Of a stretch of DNA of 64,000 nucleotides, positions 36,915 to 46,877 are shown piece after piece; the first letter of the stretch is position 1; the number at the start of each line of letters is the position of its first letter. A program made the position numbers and the translations under genes. Origin of the DNA: Nibricoccus sp. (lineage in GTDB: Bacteria > Verrucomicrobiota > Verrucomicrobiia > Opitutales > Opitutaceae); assembly GCA_047602425.1 (NCBI GenBank), contig JASGHG010000001.1, forward strand, positions 2,528,001 to 2,592,000, in the 5' to 3' direction. The notes beneath the pieces are model-generated. The model did not search any database and had not been told where the DNA came from. It saw only the letters and a program-made list of their open reading frames with translations.

Positions 36915-38006
36915 ATGCGCACCCTCGAAAAACTGACGATCAAAGGCTTTAAGTCCATTCGTGAGCAGACGCTTGAGCTGGGTAAACTGAACGTCTTCAT
37001 CGGCGGCAACGGTGCGGGCAAATCCAATCTTGTGCAGTCGTTTCGCTTCCTGCGCGAAGTAGTCAGCAAAAACCTGGCCGGCTATGTACTACAAAGCGGC
37101 GGAGCCAATGCCCTGCTGCATTTTGGCCAGAAACGCACTCCTCGTATGGAGATGCAGGTCACCTTTGGCGAAGGCGCTTATGGCAACGGATACAAACTCG
37201 TCCTTGCTCCCAATGCCGACGATACCCTCTTTGTGAAAGAGGAATGGACGTACTACCATGATCGGAGTCGATTTCCCGGCGCAGTTGGAACCATGATCGG
37301 CAGCAACACGCCAGAGGCAAAACTGCCGGATGATAAGGCCTCAGTCCCGTCTTATGTACGTCACGACTTGAAGAGCTATCGCGTTTACCATTTTCACGAC
37401 ACGAGTAGCACCGCCGCAGTTAAGCTCTTGTGTCAGGTTGATGATAACCGGTTTCTCCGCGCCGACGCCGGAAATCTGGCTGCCTTCTTGTATTTCCTGA
37501 AGCAGCAACACCCCGAGACGCTGCGCAATATCGAAGACACGGTGCGGCAGATCGCCCCATTTTTTGAGAGCTTCATTCTGGATCCATTGCGCAACAATCC
37601 AGAGAAAATGCGGCTCGAGTGGAAAGAAAAGGGGAGTGACGCCTACTTCAACGGCTCCGCGCTTTCGGATGGAACTCTTCGTTTTATTTGTCTGGCAACC
37701 CTGCTGATGCAGCCAGACCTGCCAGCCGTCGTACTGCTGGACGAGCCGGAGCTTGGTTTGCATCCAGCCGCGATTGTGTTGCTGGCGGATTTGCTTTCTT
37801 CGATCGCAACCCGCACGCAGGTGCTTGTCGCCACTCAATCGGTTGGCCTCGTCGGACAGTTTTCTCACGAAAATGTTTGGACTGTGGATCGTGAAGATGG
37901 GGCAAGCGTGTTCAAACACTTGGCGAAGGAAGATCTGAGCGGTTGGCTGGAAGGCTACTCGCTCGGCGAGTTGTGGGAAATGAACCGACTGGGGGCTCGT
38001 CCATAG
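36915..38006 (+). CDS. ABC/AAA_21-type ATPase
   Basis: IKGFKSI, GGNGAGKS, LSDGT signature, LLDEPELGLHP. Confidence 0.9.
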   Translation: MRTLEKLTIKGFKSIREQTLELGKLNVFIGGNGAGKSNLVQSFRFLREVVSKNLAGYVLQSGGANALLHFGQKRTPRMEMQVTFGEGAYGNGYKLVLAPNADDTLFVKEEWTYYHDRSRFPGAVGTMIGSNTPEAKLPDDKASVPSYVRHDLKSYRVYHFHDTSSTAAVKLLCQVDDNRFLRADAGNLAAFLYFLKQQHPETLRNIEDTVRQIAPFFESFILDPLRNNPEKMRLEWKEKGSDAYFNGSALSDGTLRFICLATLLMQPDLPAVVLLDEPELGLHPAAIVLLADLLSSIATRTQVLVATQSVGLVGQFSHENVWTVDREDGASVFKHLAKEDLSGWLEGYSLGELWEMNRLGARP

Positions 38007-38007
38007 A

Positions 38008-38676
38008 ATGAAACGGGGATTGATTTTGGTAGAGGGCCCCACGGAGGAGAGGTTCATCAAGGATGTGCTGGCACCGCATCTTTTGGGAATGCAGCTGGCA
38101 CTTACCCCAACGGTGATCCCCACCAAAAGAATGTTTGATGGGACCACATTCAAAGGAGGGATCAGCCATTTCGAGCAAATCAACAAGGCGATGCGCCTAT
38201 TGTTACACGGGTCTGGCGGTGCATTGGTCACGACGATGATCGATTATTATCGGCTGCCTGCCGATGTTCCCGGCATGTCCAGCCGCCCAACCGGCACGCC
38301 AGAACAAAGAGTGATGCATGTGGAACAAATGATCGCGGCACACTATGGCAGCCCCGCAAACCTTCATGTTTACCTGTCGCTACATGAATTCGAGGCTTTG
38401 CTTTTTGCGGGACCAGCTGAAATCGCCGCTGTTTTAGAGTCACGCCGACAATCGCCAGAACTATCTGCAATCACCCAAGACTTCCCGAACCCAGAACACA
38501 TAAATGAGCGGCCAGACCTTGCGCCCTCCTGCCGTCTTGAACGTATATTCCCGGCCTACCGAAAACGTTTACATGGACCAAACGCAGCAAGCCGGATTGG
38601 GATAGGGCAACTACGCAAATCCTGTCTACACTTCGACGAGTGGGTGACAAAACTGGAGGCGCATGCCGCTGCCTGA
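38008..38676 (+). CDS. DUF4276-family TOPRIM-like protein
   Basis: LVEGPTE, TMIDYY, HEFEALL, HINE...PS, C.HF..W; starts 1 nt after the ATPase. Confidence 0.8.
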   Translation: MKRGLILVEGPTEERFIKDVLAPHLLGMQLALTPTVIPTKRMFDGTTFKGGISHFEQINKAMRLLLHGSGGALVTTMIDYYRLPADVPGMSSRPTGTPEQRVMHVEQMIAAHYGSPANLHVYLSLHEFEALLFAGPAEIAAVLESRRQSPELSAITQDFPNPEHINERPDLAPSCRLERIFPAYRKRLHGPNAASRIGIGQLRKSCLHFDEWVTKLEAHAAA

Positions 38677-38865
38677 TTCAGCGCACGCTATGAATACTTG
38701 TTACCCTTGTCTCTTTAATTAATTCAAACCGAACAAAGCCCATAAATAACGTGTTTGCAGCATGTTCTTATATGCTTAGAAAAACGACATCCTGAAATAG
38801 TGGATGGCAAACCCGTTGGAGTTGCTCTGCTCATTTTCGGAAAAAATCACTGTTCCCGCTCGCAC

Positions 38866-39345
38866 ATGATCGAACTCGTCCAAGGAGACCTGCTTGCAGC
38901 ACGCACCGAAGCCTTGGTGAATGCGGTCAACACGGTTGGTATTATGGGCAAAGGAATCGCGCTTCAGTTTCGAAATCGTTTTCCGGAGATGTTCGTCGCC
39001 TACGAAACAGCTTGCCGCTCTGGGTTGGTTCAGTCGGGGAAAATGCATGTGTTCGATCGCGGCGAGTCATGCACTTCCGCTCGGTGGATCATTAACTTTC
39101 CCACCAAAAAACACTGGCGTGACGCCAGTCGCCTATCAGATGTGGAAACCGGGCTAGTCGATCTCGTCGCGACAGTGCAACGATTGAGGATAAAATCTAT
39201 CGCCATTCCTCCCTTGGGTTGCGGGCTTGGTGGGCTCGATTGGGTTGCTGTCAGACCACGAATTGAAACTGCATTCGCGAGCTTGGCAGACACAAAGGTG
39301 CTTCTCTACGCTCCATCGGTAGCCACCGTTCCAGTACCCCACTGA
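38866..39345 (+). CDS. DarG-like macrodomain (ADP-ribose glycohydrolase), stand-alone
   Basis: GDLL, NAVNTVGIMGKGIALQF, IINFPTKKHW, AIPPLGCGLGGLDW. Confidence 0.85.
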   Translation: MIELVQGDLLAARTEALVNAVNTVGIMGKGIALQFRNRFPEMFVAYETACRSGLVQSGKMHVFDRGESCTSARWIINFPTKKHWRDASRLSDVETGLVDLVATVQRLRIKSIAIPPLGCGLGGLDWVAVRPRIETAFASLADTKVLLYAPSVATVPVPH

Positions 39346-39346
39346 C

Positions 39347-41893
39347 ATGCCCTCCGAAGCCCAGGCCCGCATCATAATCAATAAGCTGTTGGAGCAGGCG
39401 GGCTGGCGGTTTCTACCAGATCGTGATGGCCAGCGTGAGAATATCGTCTGCGAACACCGGGTCGCGAGAAAGGTCTTCGCACCGAACATTTATCTAGGGA
39501 CAGATTTCCAGCACGCGCCGCAGGGTTTTGTCGATTACGTGCTGCTCGGCAACGACGGTAAAGCGGTTGGCGTGGTCGAAGCTAAAAAGGAATCGATCGA
39601 TCCGCTCACCGCCAAGGAACAAGCCCGCGCCTACGCGGCCTCGCTCGGCGTCAGTCACATCTATCTCAGCAACGGGCTCGTTCATTACTACTGGAACCTC
39701 CGTCAGGGAAATCCGGTGCGTGTCTCGCAATTTCTACCGGCGGACAAACTCGGCCAAACCGCCAAATGGCAGCCCGACGCCCAGCGCCTCGCCAGCGTCA
39801 ACGTTGACGAGAACTACATCGCCCTCTCGCAGGACTCCGCCTGGCTCACCTACGCCGCCACCGAACGCGCCGAGGTGGCGGTCAATAAAAAGATCCGTCT
39901 GCTGCGCGATTATCAGATCGCCGCCGTCAAAGCGCTCCAATTCGCCGCGCTACCCGGCAAGCATCGCTTCTTGTTCGAGATGGCCACCGGCACGGGCAAG
40001 ACGCTGCTCAGCGCCGCCATCGCCAAACTTTACCTGCGCACGGAAAACGCCACGCGCATCCTCTTCCTCGTCGATCGGCTGGAGTTGGAGCGGCAGGCGT
40101 GGAAAAACTTCAACGCCTACCTGGCCGCCGATGGCATCTCGACCGTCATCTTCAAACAAAAGCGATCCGATTGGCGCAATGCACAGGTTGTGGTCACAAC
40201 GGTCCAGAGCCTCGCGACCAACAACCGGTTTCTCACCGATTTCTGCCCGACGGATTTCCAGCTCATCATCAGCGACGAAGCCCACCGCACGATCTCGGGC
40301 AACAACCGAACCATTTTCGAATACTTCGTCGGCGCGAAACTCGGCCTGACCGCCACGCCACGCGACTACCTCAAAGGCGTCTCGGAAAAAGAACAACAGA
40401 ACGATCCGTCTGCTTTCGAACGTCGCCTCCTGCTCGACACTTATCGCACCTTCGGCTGCGACGACGGCGCGCCGACGTTCCGCTACAGCCTGCTCGACGC
40501 CGTAAAACACAAGCCGCCCTACCTCGTTAATCCCCTCGCCCTCGACGCCCGCACCGAGATCACCACCAGGCTTCTTGCCGATGGCTACAAGGTAAGTATC
40601 AAGGCCGACGAAGACGGCCAGGAGTCCGAAGTGGTTTTCACCGGTAGCGATTTCGAGCGGAAATTTTTCTCCGACGAGACGAATCTCAGCTTCGTCCAAT
40701 GTTTTCTGGATCACGCCAAGTGCGACCCGCTCACGAATGAGGTCGGCAAAACGATCTTCTTTGCCGTCAGCCGTAAGCATGCGACCAAGATCGTGAAATT
40801 GCTCAATGAGGAAGCGCCCCGGCGTTGGCCCTCGGCCTACGGAGCAGGCTCCTCCTTCGCCGTGCAGGTGACCTCCGATCAACCGGGAGCCCAGCAGATG
40901 ACGATCGATTTCGCGAACAACAACCTGAACGGGAAATCGAAGTGGGCCGCTGAGAAATTTCCCGACTACGACACCAGCCGCACGCGCGTTTGCGTGACCG
41001 TGGGCATGATGACAACCGGCTATGATTGCGAGGACGTGCTCAACGTGGTGCTTGCGCGACCGATTTTCTCGCCGACCGATTTCGTCCAGATCAAAGGCCG
41101 TGGCACCCGGCTCTACACGTTCGCGCACGATGCGAGCAAAGCTTCGGGCGCGAAGGATGGCTTTGCGCTGTTCGACTTCTTTGCTAACTGCGAGTACTTC
41201 GAGAAGAAGTTCGACTACGACAAAAAGCTCACACTGCCCAAGCCCGAAACCACTGGCGGCACGGACGGCGGCAGCAGTGGTCCGCGCCCTTCGACCTACA
41301 TCAACACTTCGGCAGATCCAATCGCCGTCGTGGCGCAAGACGCCATCGGTCACGATGGAATGAAGATTGACCGCGAGATGTTTCGCCAGCGTTTCGCCTC
41401 ACAGGCCAAGGAAGCCGCCGCCAAATTTCCCGAACTTAATACAGCCGTGGCCGCCGAAGACTGGCCCTCTGCTGAAGCGCTCGCAGCCAAACTCCTCCTC
41501 GAAAAACCAAAAGAGTTCTGGAATCTACTCAAACTCCGCGAAGTTTTCCGAACGGATCGTGATCCCTCCTTCCGCGAAATCCTCAAATACATCTTCGGCT
41601 TTGAGCCTAAAGTTCCGACTCGCGAGCAATTGGCCGCCGAATACTTCGAAAGATACATGGCAACCGAATCTGCCGAACCAGTCGTCATCCGCGAGCTGCG
41701 CCACGTATTCAACGCTTACCTACTTAATGGAGACGTTCGGCACTTGATCGACGAAGGACGCTTTGCCGACCTGCGTGCCCACGATCCTGGATTGATACAG
41801 AGCATCAAAACGCTCGGCAAAGATCGAGTGACTGCGCTTATGAACTATATTCGGCAAACCGTGCCGCTGGAAAACTTCGTCCGTGTTGCCTGA
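39347..41893 (+). CDS. hsdR: Type I restriction endonuclease subunit R
   Basis: DYVL...EAKK nuclease motif, LRDYQ, MATGTGKT, DEAH, TATP, QIKGRGTR. Confidence 0.9.
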   Translation: MPSEAQARIIINKLLEQAGWRFLPDRDGQRENIVCEHRVARKVFAPNIYLGTDFQHAPQGFVDYVLLGNDGKAVGVVEAKKESIDPLTAKEQARAYAASLGVSHIYLSNGLVHYYWNLRQGNPVRVSQFLPADKLGQTAKWQPDAQRLASVNVDENYIALSQDSAWLTYAATERAEVAVNKKIRLLRDYQIAAVKALQFAALPGKHRFLFEMATGTGKTLLSAAIAKLYLRTENATRILFLVDRLELERQAWKNFNAYLAADGISTVIFKQKRSDWRNAQVVVTTVQSLATNNRFLTDFCPTDFQLIISDEAHRTISGNNRTIFEYFVGAKLGLTATPRDYLKGVSEKEQQNDPSAFERRLLLDTYRTFGCDDGAPTFRYSLLDAVKHKPPYLVNPLALDARTEITTRLLADGYKVSIKADEDGQESEVVFTGSDFERKFFSDETNLSFVQCFLDHAKCDPLTNEVGKTIFFAVSRKHATKIVKLLNEEAPRRWPSAYGAGSSFAVQVTSDQPGAQQMTIDFANNNLNGKSKWAAEKFPDYDTSRTRVCVTVGMMTTGYDCEDVLNVVLARPIFSPTDFVQIKGRGTRLYTFAHDASKASGAKDGFALFDFFANCEYFEKKFDYDKKLTLPKPETTGGTDGGSSGPRPSTYINTSADPIAVVAQDAIGHDGMKIDREMFRQRFASQAKEAAAKFPELNTAVAAEDWPSAEALAAKLLLEKPKEFWNLLKLREVFRTDRDPSFREILKYIFGFEPKVPTREQLAAEYFERYMATESAEPVVIRELRHVFNAYLLNGDVRHLIDEGRFADLRAHDPGLIQSIKTLGKDRVTALMNYIRQTVPLENFVRVA

Positions 41894-42009
41894 TGGGGAT
41901 CGAGCAAATAACATCATGCCTTGACTCTGGACTGGGACGTTTTTTGTTTACAGACGGTATTGGTTGGTTTGGTTCTGATGGCAGTAACAGCGTGGTTTGT
42001 AATGACACG

Positions 42010-42705
42010 TTAGGGTTTGATGAATTGCCGGATGGCTTCCACGTATTCCGGACGCCGGTGCAGATCGTTGTGTCCTGCGTTCCTGATGACTTTATACTCC
42101 TTCGGTCCCTGCCAAATCCGAAAAAGAGCGTGGGTTTGGCGGTTTGGAATTAGGGTGTCGTTTTCTGCCATTACCATCAGCATCGGCGTTTGATTGGTTC
42201 TGGCGTATTGATCGGAGGGAAATCGGTTGCGAAGGAAGTAGTGAAGCAGTGGCGCCTTTTCTCGGACCAGAGAGGTCATGCTTTGGAAGGGCGTAACTAG
42301 GACAACCCGTTTGGTCGCGCGGTGGGCGGATACATAGGCGGCCACGCTCGCTCCGAGACTGCGGCCAACAATGACGGGAATTCCGTCGGCACCGGCGTGG
42401 TCGTGAATCATCAGCCCGTCCTCGTACAATGCACGCTGTGAAGGTTTGCCTTCGCTTAGGCCGTAGCCGCGATAATTGAAGAGATAGGAAACGCGAAAAC
42501 CGAAGTTTGAAAATAGATCTGCCGTGAGGGAGACATCCTCGGCATTGCCGCCAAAATAGACTCCCACATCCATTCCCTGCGGGTTTTCAATACGCCATCC
42601 TTGCAGTCCATTGAGGCGAACTTCATGAGCCTTGAGTTTGGAATAGGTGAGGTATTCCGGTTTGGGAGCTGGAAATATAACTTTGTCTAAGAAGTAGCCG
42701 AGCAC
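42010..42705 (-). CDS. Alpha/beta hydrolase (ABHD13-like)
   Basis: FGGNAE, NYRGYG, GRSLG, AGHND; probable GTG start at 42705. Confidence 0.85.
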   Translation of the reverse strand: MLGYFLDKVIFPAPKPEYLTYSKLKAHEVRLNGLQGWRIENPQGMDVGVYFGGNAEDVSLTADLFSNFGFRVSYLFNYRGYGLSEGKPSQRALYEDGLMIHDHAGADGIPVIVGRSLGASVAAYVSAHRATKRVVLVTPFQSMTSLVREKAPLLHYFLRNRFPSDQYARTNQTPMLMVMAENDTLIPNRQTHALFRIWQGPKEYKVIRNAGHNDLHRRPEYVEAIRQFIKP

Positions 42706-42709
42706 GTGA

Positions 42710-43015
42710 CTATTTCTTGAGACTGATGCACGCGGAATCGATAAGGCCCAACTGGACAATATCGCCAACCTGGATCTCTTTGAGGTATTCCAGAGGCATG
42801 GTGAGAAGCAGTGATTTGTCCCTGGTGTGGTGGTCGCCACTCGTCACAACGCCGACGAGGTCCATCGAATCCGGGTAGTTATAAACGTAGGAAGGGGATT
42901 TCTTGAAGCCAAACAGGCCTGTCGACGTGCGTTTGATGCTCTTTACCTGAACTTGGAGGGTTCCTGTAGGAGTGCGATCATCCGGCCATTCCCAGTGAAG
43001 TTCGATGTCTTTCAT
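42710..43015 (-). CDS. Hypothetical protein (101 aa)
   Basis: Tightly packed between neighbouring genes (3-4 nt gaps). Confidence 0.6.
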   Translation of the reverse strand: MKDIELHWEWPDDRTPTGTLQVQVKSIKRTSTGLFGFKKSPSYVYNYPDSMDLVGVVTSGDHHTRDKSLLLTMPLEYLKEIQVGDIVQLGLIDSACISLKK

Positions 43016-43018
43016 GAG

Positions 43019-43606
43019 TTAAAGGATTTCGACCGCCAGTTTACCGTTATGTTGAACAAAACCAATGTGCCCGGAGTAACTCATTGTTTTCAGTCCATTG
43101 TGCCTGGCTAATTGGTTGTAGAGGTTGTTTGGCGTATCCATTCCGGGAATCGACGATGTCAGAATTTTGGCGTGTCGAAAAGCCCGGGATGCGTAGGAGG
43201 AGCAATTGCCGCCGAAGATATAGAACCCGCCAGGGGAATTTCGTTGGAGCTGCCAGTATCCGTCAAAGGCGCTGACGTTTTCCTGGCTGGTCTCCACGAG
43301 AATGAAGGTGGAGAGGCATCCTGTCTGCCGGGCACGGCTGGCATCAGTAAAGTGGGGCATAAGCCTTTTCATCGCCTTGTAGTCCACGACCATTCCTTCC
43401 CTGCCTTTGTCTGCGCTTTGAAACACGCTGGACGGTACCGCCATCGATGACATCCCAAACGGCGCACCTAGGAAAAAATAACCGATGGGTTCCCCATTGG
43501 AAAGAATGCAATCGGCGTGTTGCTCCATGAGACTGGGCGCATGTTCCTTGTTCTTTTTACCCCGGACGATGAGCCCGACGTGATTCGGCGGTATTTCTAT
43601 AATCAT
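43019..43606 (-). CDS. Hypothetical protein, possible permuted papain-like amidase
   Basis: An early His (QHAD) followed by Y-x4-NCSSY and DTPNNL. Confidence 0.5.
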   Translation of the reverse strand: MIIEIPPNHVGLIVRGKKNKEHAPSLMEQHADCILSNGEPIGYFFLGAPFGMSSMAVPSSVFQSADKGREGMVVDYKAMKRLMPHFTDASRARQTGCLSTFILVETSQENVSAFDGYWQLQRNSPGGFYIFGGNCSSYASRAFRHAKILTSSIPGMDTPNNLYNQLARHNGLKTMSYSGHIGFVQHNGKLAVEIL

Positions 43607-43920
43607 ATCCCGTACCTAAATAACCTCGGATGTCGGATGGTTAGGCAAGCCTTACGGCAGCAAACAAGTGGCGTTACTGGAAATGACTAAGATTTTACGA
43701 GTTATTAATGAGATGGACGCTGGCGCTTTAAATAAACTAATGCGGAGAACAGTCGAGGGATGTCGGCGCCGTGTGACAGTCAAAGAGCTGATTGGTCGGG
43801 TATCAGTCTTATGCGAGTTCGGTGAGGAAAAGCGGGGGTGGCGTTGCGTTGGGGGTAAAAGTCGGTCTTTTGCTGGAGCTACGTTAGCGTTGGGCGGGAG
43901 CTCGGCGCGAGGAGGCTGTC

Positions 43921-46170
43921 ATGCGTGTCGCGAGTTCTATTGTCCCTACCATCCGGTTTGATTTTCTTGGCGGAAGTTTGCTTTGGCTGGCGTGCGCGTT
44001 CGTCGCGTCGCGCGGATTTGGCCAGAGCGTCCATGACCGCCATGTGATTTTCGACAATGGGCTGGGCGCGGGCGGTTACTATCATAGCGAAGGGTTCGTG
44101 GTCGCTCCGAGCACGTTGGGACTTTGGAACGGGAAATTCCCGGTCGCGACGGATCGTTTCGTCAGTCCTGACAACAGTCTGCGGCTGCACTGGAAATCGG
44201 CCGAGGGCGGCGACTGGCGGATGACCGTGATGGTGCCGACGCGTTACGTGAGGAAATTTTATTTCGAGGGCGATACGCTGGCTTTTTGGTGTTATCCGGA
44301 AACGGAGATCGATGAACTCAATTCACCGCTCGTTTATGTGCAGGACTCCACCAAGCTCGGTTCCCCCGCGACCACTCTCGTGAAAGGCGATGAGCGATTG
44401 CCGGAGAAAAAATGGACGCTGGTGAAGCTGCCCATCGCGGAACTCATTGCGACCGGGCGCACGACGGATTCCGCGCGCTGCGATTTGCACAAGCTCGTGA
44501 GCCTTTCGTTCATGCAGGGCCTCGATGACGGGAAGGAGCACGTGCTCTACATCGACGACGTGAAAATTGTCGATGGCAAACAGGTCGACAACACGCCGCC
44601 ACCTGCGCCGGAAGGACTCAAGGTCAAAGGGCATGAGCGACACTTCGATCTCAGCTGGCAACCTTCGTCGGCGAAGGATCTGCTTTCATACCGGATTCTT
44701 CGCTCCTCCGATGGGAAAACCTACGAGCCAGCGGGCACGCAGGATGGAGCCTGGACCCGTTTTGAGGATTTTGTGCCGGTGGAGGCCGAGTCGGGGCCGA
44801 AGACGTTTTATTATAAAGTCAGTGCAATCGATATTGCGGGCAACGAATCGCCGCCTTCGTCCGCCGGCTCCGACCGTTTGCGTCCGGCCGATGACGACGC
44901 GTTACTGACCATGGCGCAGGAAGGTTGTTTTCGTTACTATTGGGAGGCGGCTCATCCGAACGCGGGGCTCGCGCCGGAGGTTTTGCCCGGCGACGAAAAC
45001 CTCATCGCTGTCGGTGGGAATGGTTTTGGTGTGATGGCGTTGCTGGTGGCGATCGAACGGCAGTTCGTGACCCGCGAGGAAGGTGTGAGGCGGTTGACCA
45101 AGATTCTGCGGTTCCTTTCCAAGGCCGACCGGTTTCACGGCGTCTGGCCGCACTATCTCGACGGGCGGACGGGCCGGACCATTCCGCTTTTCGGGACTTA
45201 CGACAACGGCGGGGATTTGGTCGAAACAGCCTTTATGATCCAAGGGCTTCTCGCCGCGCGCCAATATTTCGATCGTGACGAACCAGCCGAACGCGACATT
45301 CGGGAAACGATCACGAGACTGTGGCGCGAGGTGGAATGGGATTGGTACCGGAAGACTCCCGACAGCGATGTGCTCTATTGGCACTGGTCGCCGGAGCACG
45401 ACTTCACGATCAATCATCCGCTGGTGGGTTGGAACGAAACGATGATTGTGTATCTGCTGGCGATCGCATCGCCGACGCATGCGGTTCCGGCGAGCCTGTA
45501 TTATTCGGGTTGGGCCGGCCAATCCGATGTTCACGTCCGTTACCGCCGCAACTGGAGCCGCACGACGGCGGGCGATCACTATGCGAATGGAAACAGTTAT
45601 TATGGGATAAAGCTGGAGGTGGGCGTGGGCAATGGCGGGGATTTGTTTTTCACCCACTTCTCGTTTCTCGGCTTCGATCCGCGCGGAATCCGCGATCGTT
45701 ATACCAACTATTTTTCAAACAACCGGAATATCGCGCTGATCAATCGCGCCTATTGCATCGACAACCCGCGCAAATTCGTCGGCTACGGTCCCGATTGCTG
45801 GGGACGCTCGGCGGGCATCAACGTCCACGGCGGCCGCGCCCTGCCGCGCGACGACAACGGCACGATCAACTGCATGGCCGCGCTCGCCTCCATGCCCTAC
45901 ACGCCGGCGGAATCGCTCGCGGCGCTCAAACATTTCTACCGCGATCTCGGACCGAAGGTGTGGGGAATCTATGGTTTTCACGACGGCTTCAACGAAACGC
46001 AGGATTGGTTCGAGGCGAACTTCATGGCGCTCAACCAGGCGCCCATCACGGTGATGATTGAAAACCATCGCACCGGCCTCCTCTGGAAATATTTCATGAC
46101 CAACCCCGAAATTCACCCCGCCCTCGACGCCATCGGCTTCACGCGCGAGCCAGCGCAAGCGGATCGCTGA
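43921..46170 (+). CDS. Glycoamylase-domain protein (GH144-like beta-1,2-glucanase) with N-terminal CBM-like and Fn3 domains
   Basis: RFHGVWPH, GGDLVETAF, GWNETMI, YGFHDGFN; Fn3 motif YYKVSAIDIAGNES. Confidence 0.75.
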   Translation: MRVASSIVPTIRFDFLGGSLLWLACAFVASRGFGQSVHDRHVIFDNGLGAGGYYHSEGFVVAPSTLGLWNGKFPVATDRFVSPDNSLRLHWKSAEGGDWRMTVMVPTRYVRKFYFEGDTLAFWCYPETEIDELNSPLVYVQDSTKLGSPATTLVKGDERLPEKKWTLVKLPIAELIATGRTTDSARCDLHKLVSLSFMQGLDDGKEHVLYIDDVKIVDGKQVDNTPPPAPEGLKVKGHERHFDLSWQPSSAKDLLSYRILRSSDGKTYEPAGTQDGAWTRFEDFVPVEAESGPKTFYYKVSAIDIAGNESPPSSAGSDRLRPADDDALLTMAQEGCFRYYWEAAHPNAGLAPEVLPGDENLIAVGGNGFGVMALLVAIERQFVTREEGVRRLTKILRFLSKADRFHGVWPHYLDGRTGRTIPLFGTYDNGGDLVETAFMIQGLLAARQYFDRDEPAERDIRETITRLWREVEWDWYRKTPDSDVLYWHWSPEHDFTINHPLVGWNETMIVYLLAIASPTHAVPASLYYSGWAGQSDVHVRYRRNWSRTTAGDHYANGNSYYGIKLEVGVGNGGDLFFTHFSFLGFDPRGIRDRYTNYFSNNRNIALINRAYCIDNPRKFVGYGPDCWGRSAGINVHGGRALPRDDNGTINCMAALASMPYTPAESLAALKHFYRDLGPKVWGIYGFHDGFNETQDWFEANFMALNQAPITVMIENHRTGLLWKYFMTNPEIHPALDAIGFTREPAQADR

Positions 46171-46302
46171 GATACGACCAGCCAGGCGATGTGCCGGGCA
46201 TTCGTTTTAGGTTCAATGGACTTGTTCGGGTATTGACCGATAGCAACGGCCGGTTTAGGGAATGACCGCGATTCGCAAATAAACTTTCAGTCTACCGGCG
46301 TT

Positions 46303-46806
46303 ATGAAGGTTAAAAACAAGCCCGCCTTTATTTTTGGAATACTATACGTGGTATTTTTTGGATGCCTCGCAATTTCGGCATCGAATCTGCCTGCGCGTGT
46401 AGCGAGCCACTTTGATGCCGCCGGAAGAGCAAATGGCTGGATGGATAATTCCTCCTACCTGCTGTTTATCGCGATTTTGGGCGGAGTGTTTCCGTTGGTT
46501 GTTCCAGCGATCTGCTACTGCACGCGCTTTTTGCCCGACGAGATGCACAATATTCCCAATCGCGCCCACTGGTTGGCGCCTGAACGACGGGATGCGACGC
46601 ACGCTTATCTCTTTCGACATTCGCTTTGGCTCGCATCGGCATCGCTTTGTTTTGTAACGGCCGTTCACCTGGCGGTGGTGCAGGCGAACCGCCCGGGCAC
46701 GGCCCATCTTCAACCCACGGTGATCGTCCCTGTGTTGGTGGGTTTTGTAACTGCCGTGATTATTTGGATCATTGGTTTATTTCGGCATTTCAAGCGCGTT
46801 GAATAA
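46303..46806 (+). CDS. DUF1648 membrane protein
   Basis: LPARVASHFDAAGRANGW; four TM helices. Confidence 0.75.
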   Translation: MKVKNKPAFIFGILYVVFFGCLAISASNLPARVASHFDAAGRANGWMDNSSYLLFIAILGGVFPLVVPAICYCTRFLPDEMHNIPNRAHWLAPERRDATHAYLFRHSLWLASASLCFVTAVHLAVVQANRPGTAHLQPTVIVPVLVGFVTAVIIWIIGLFRHFKRVE

Positions 46807-46877
46807 ACCATCGTTAAACCTGGAAACATTACGTTTCGAGGTTGGACGTCAGTTGGTTAGTCAATCCGAGGAAGCGC

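Noticed and set aside
38677..38865. darT toxin gene or an N-terminal extension of the macrodomain
   Set aside because: The stretch is too short and AT-rich, with no ART motifs; the macrodomain starts naturally at MIELVQGDLL.
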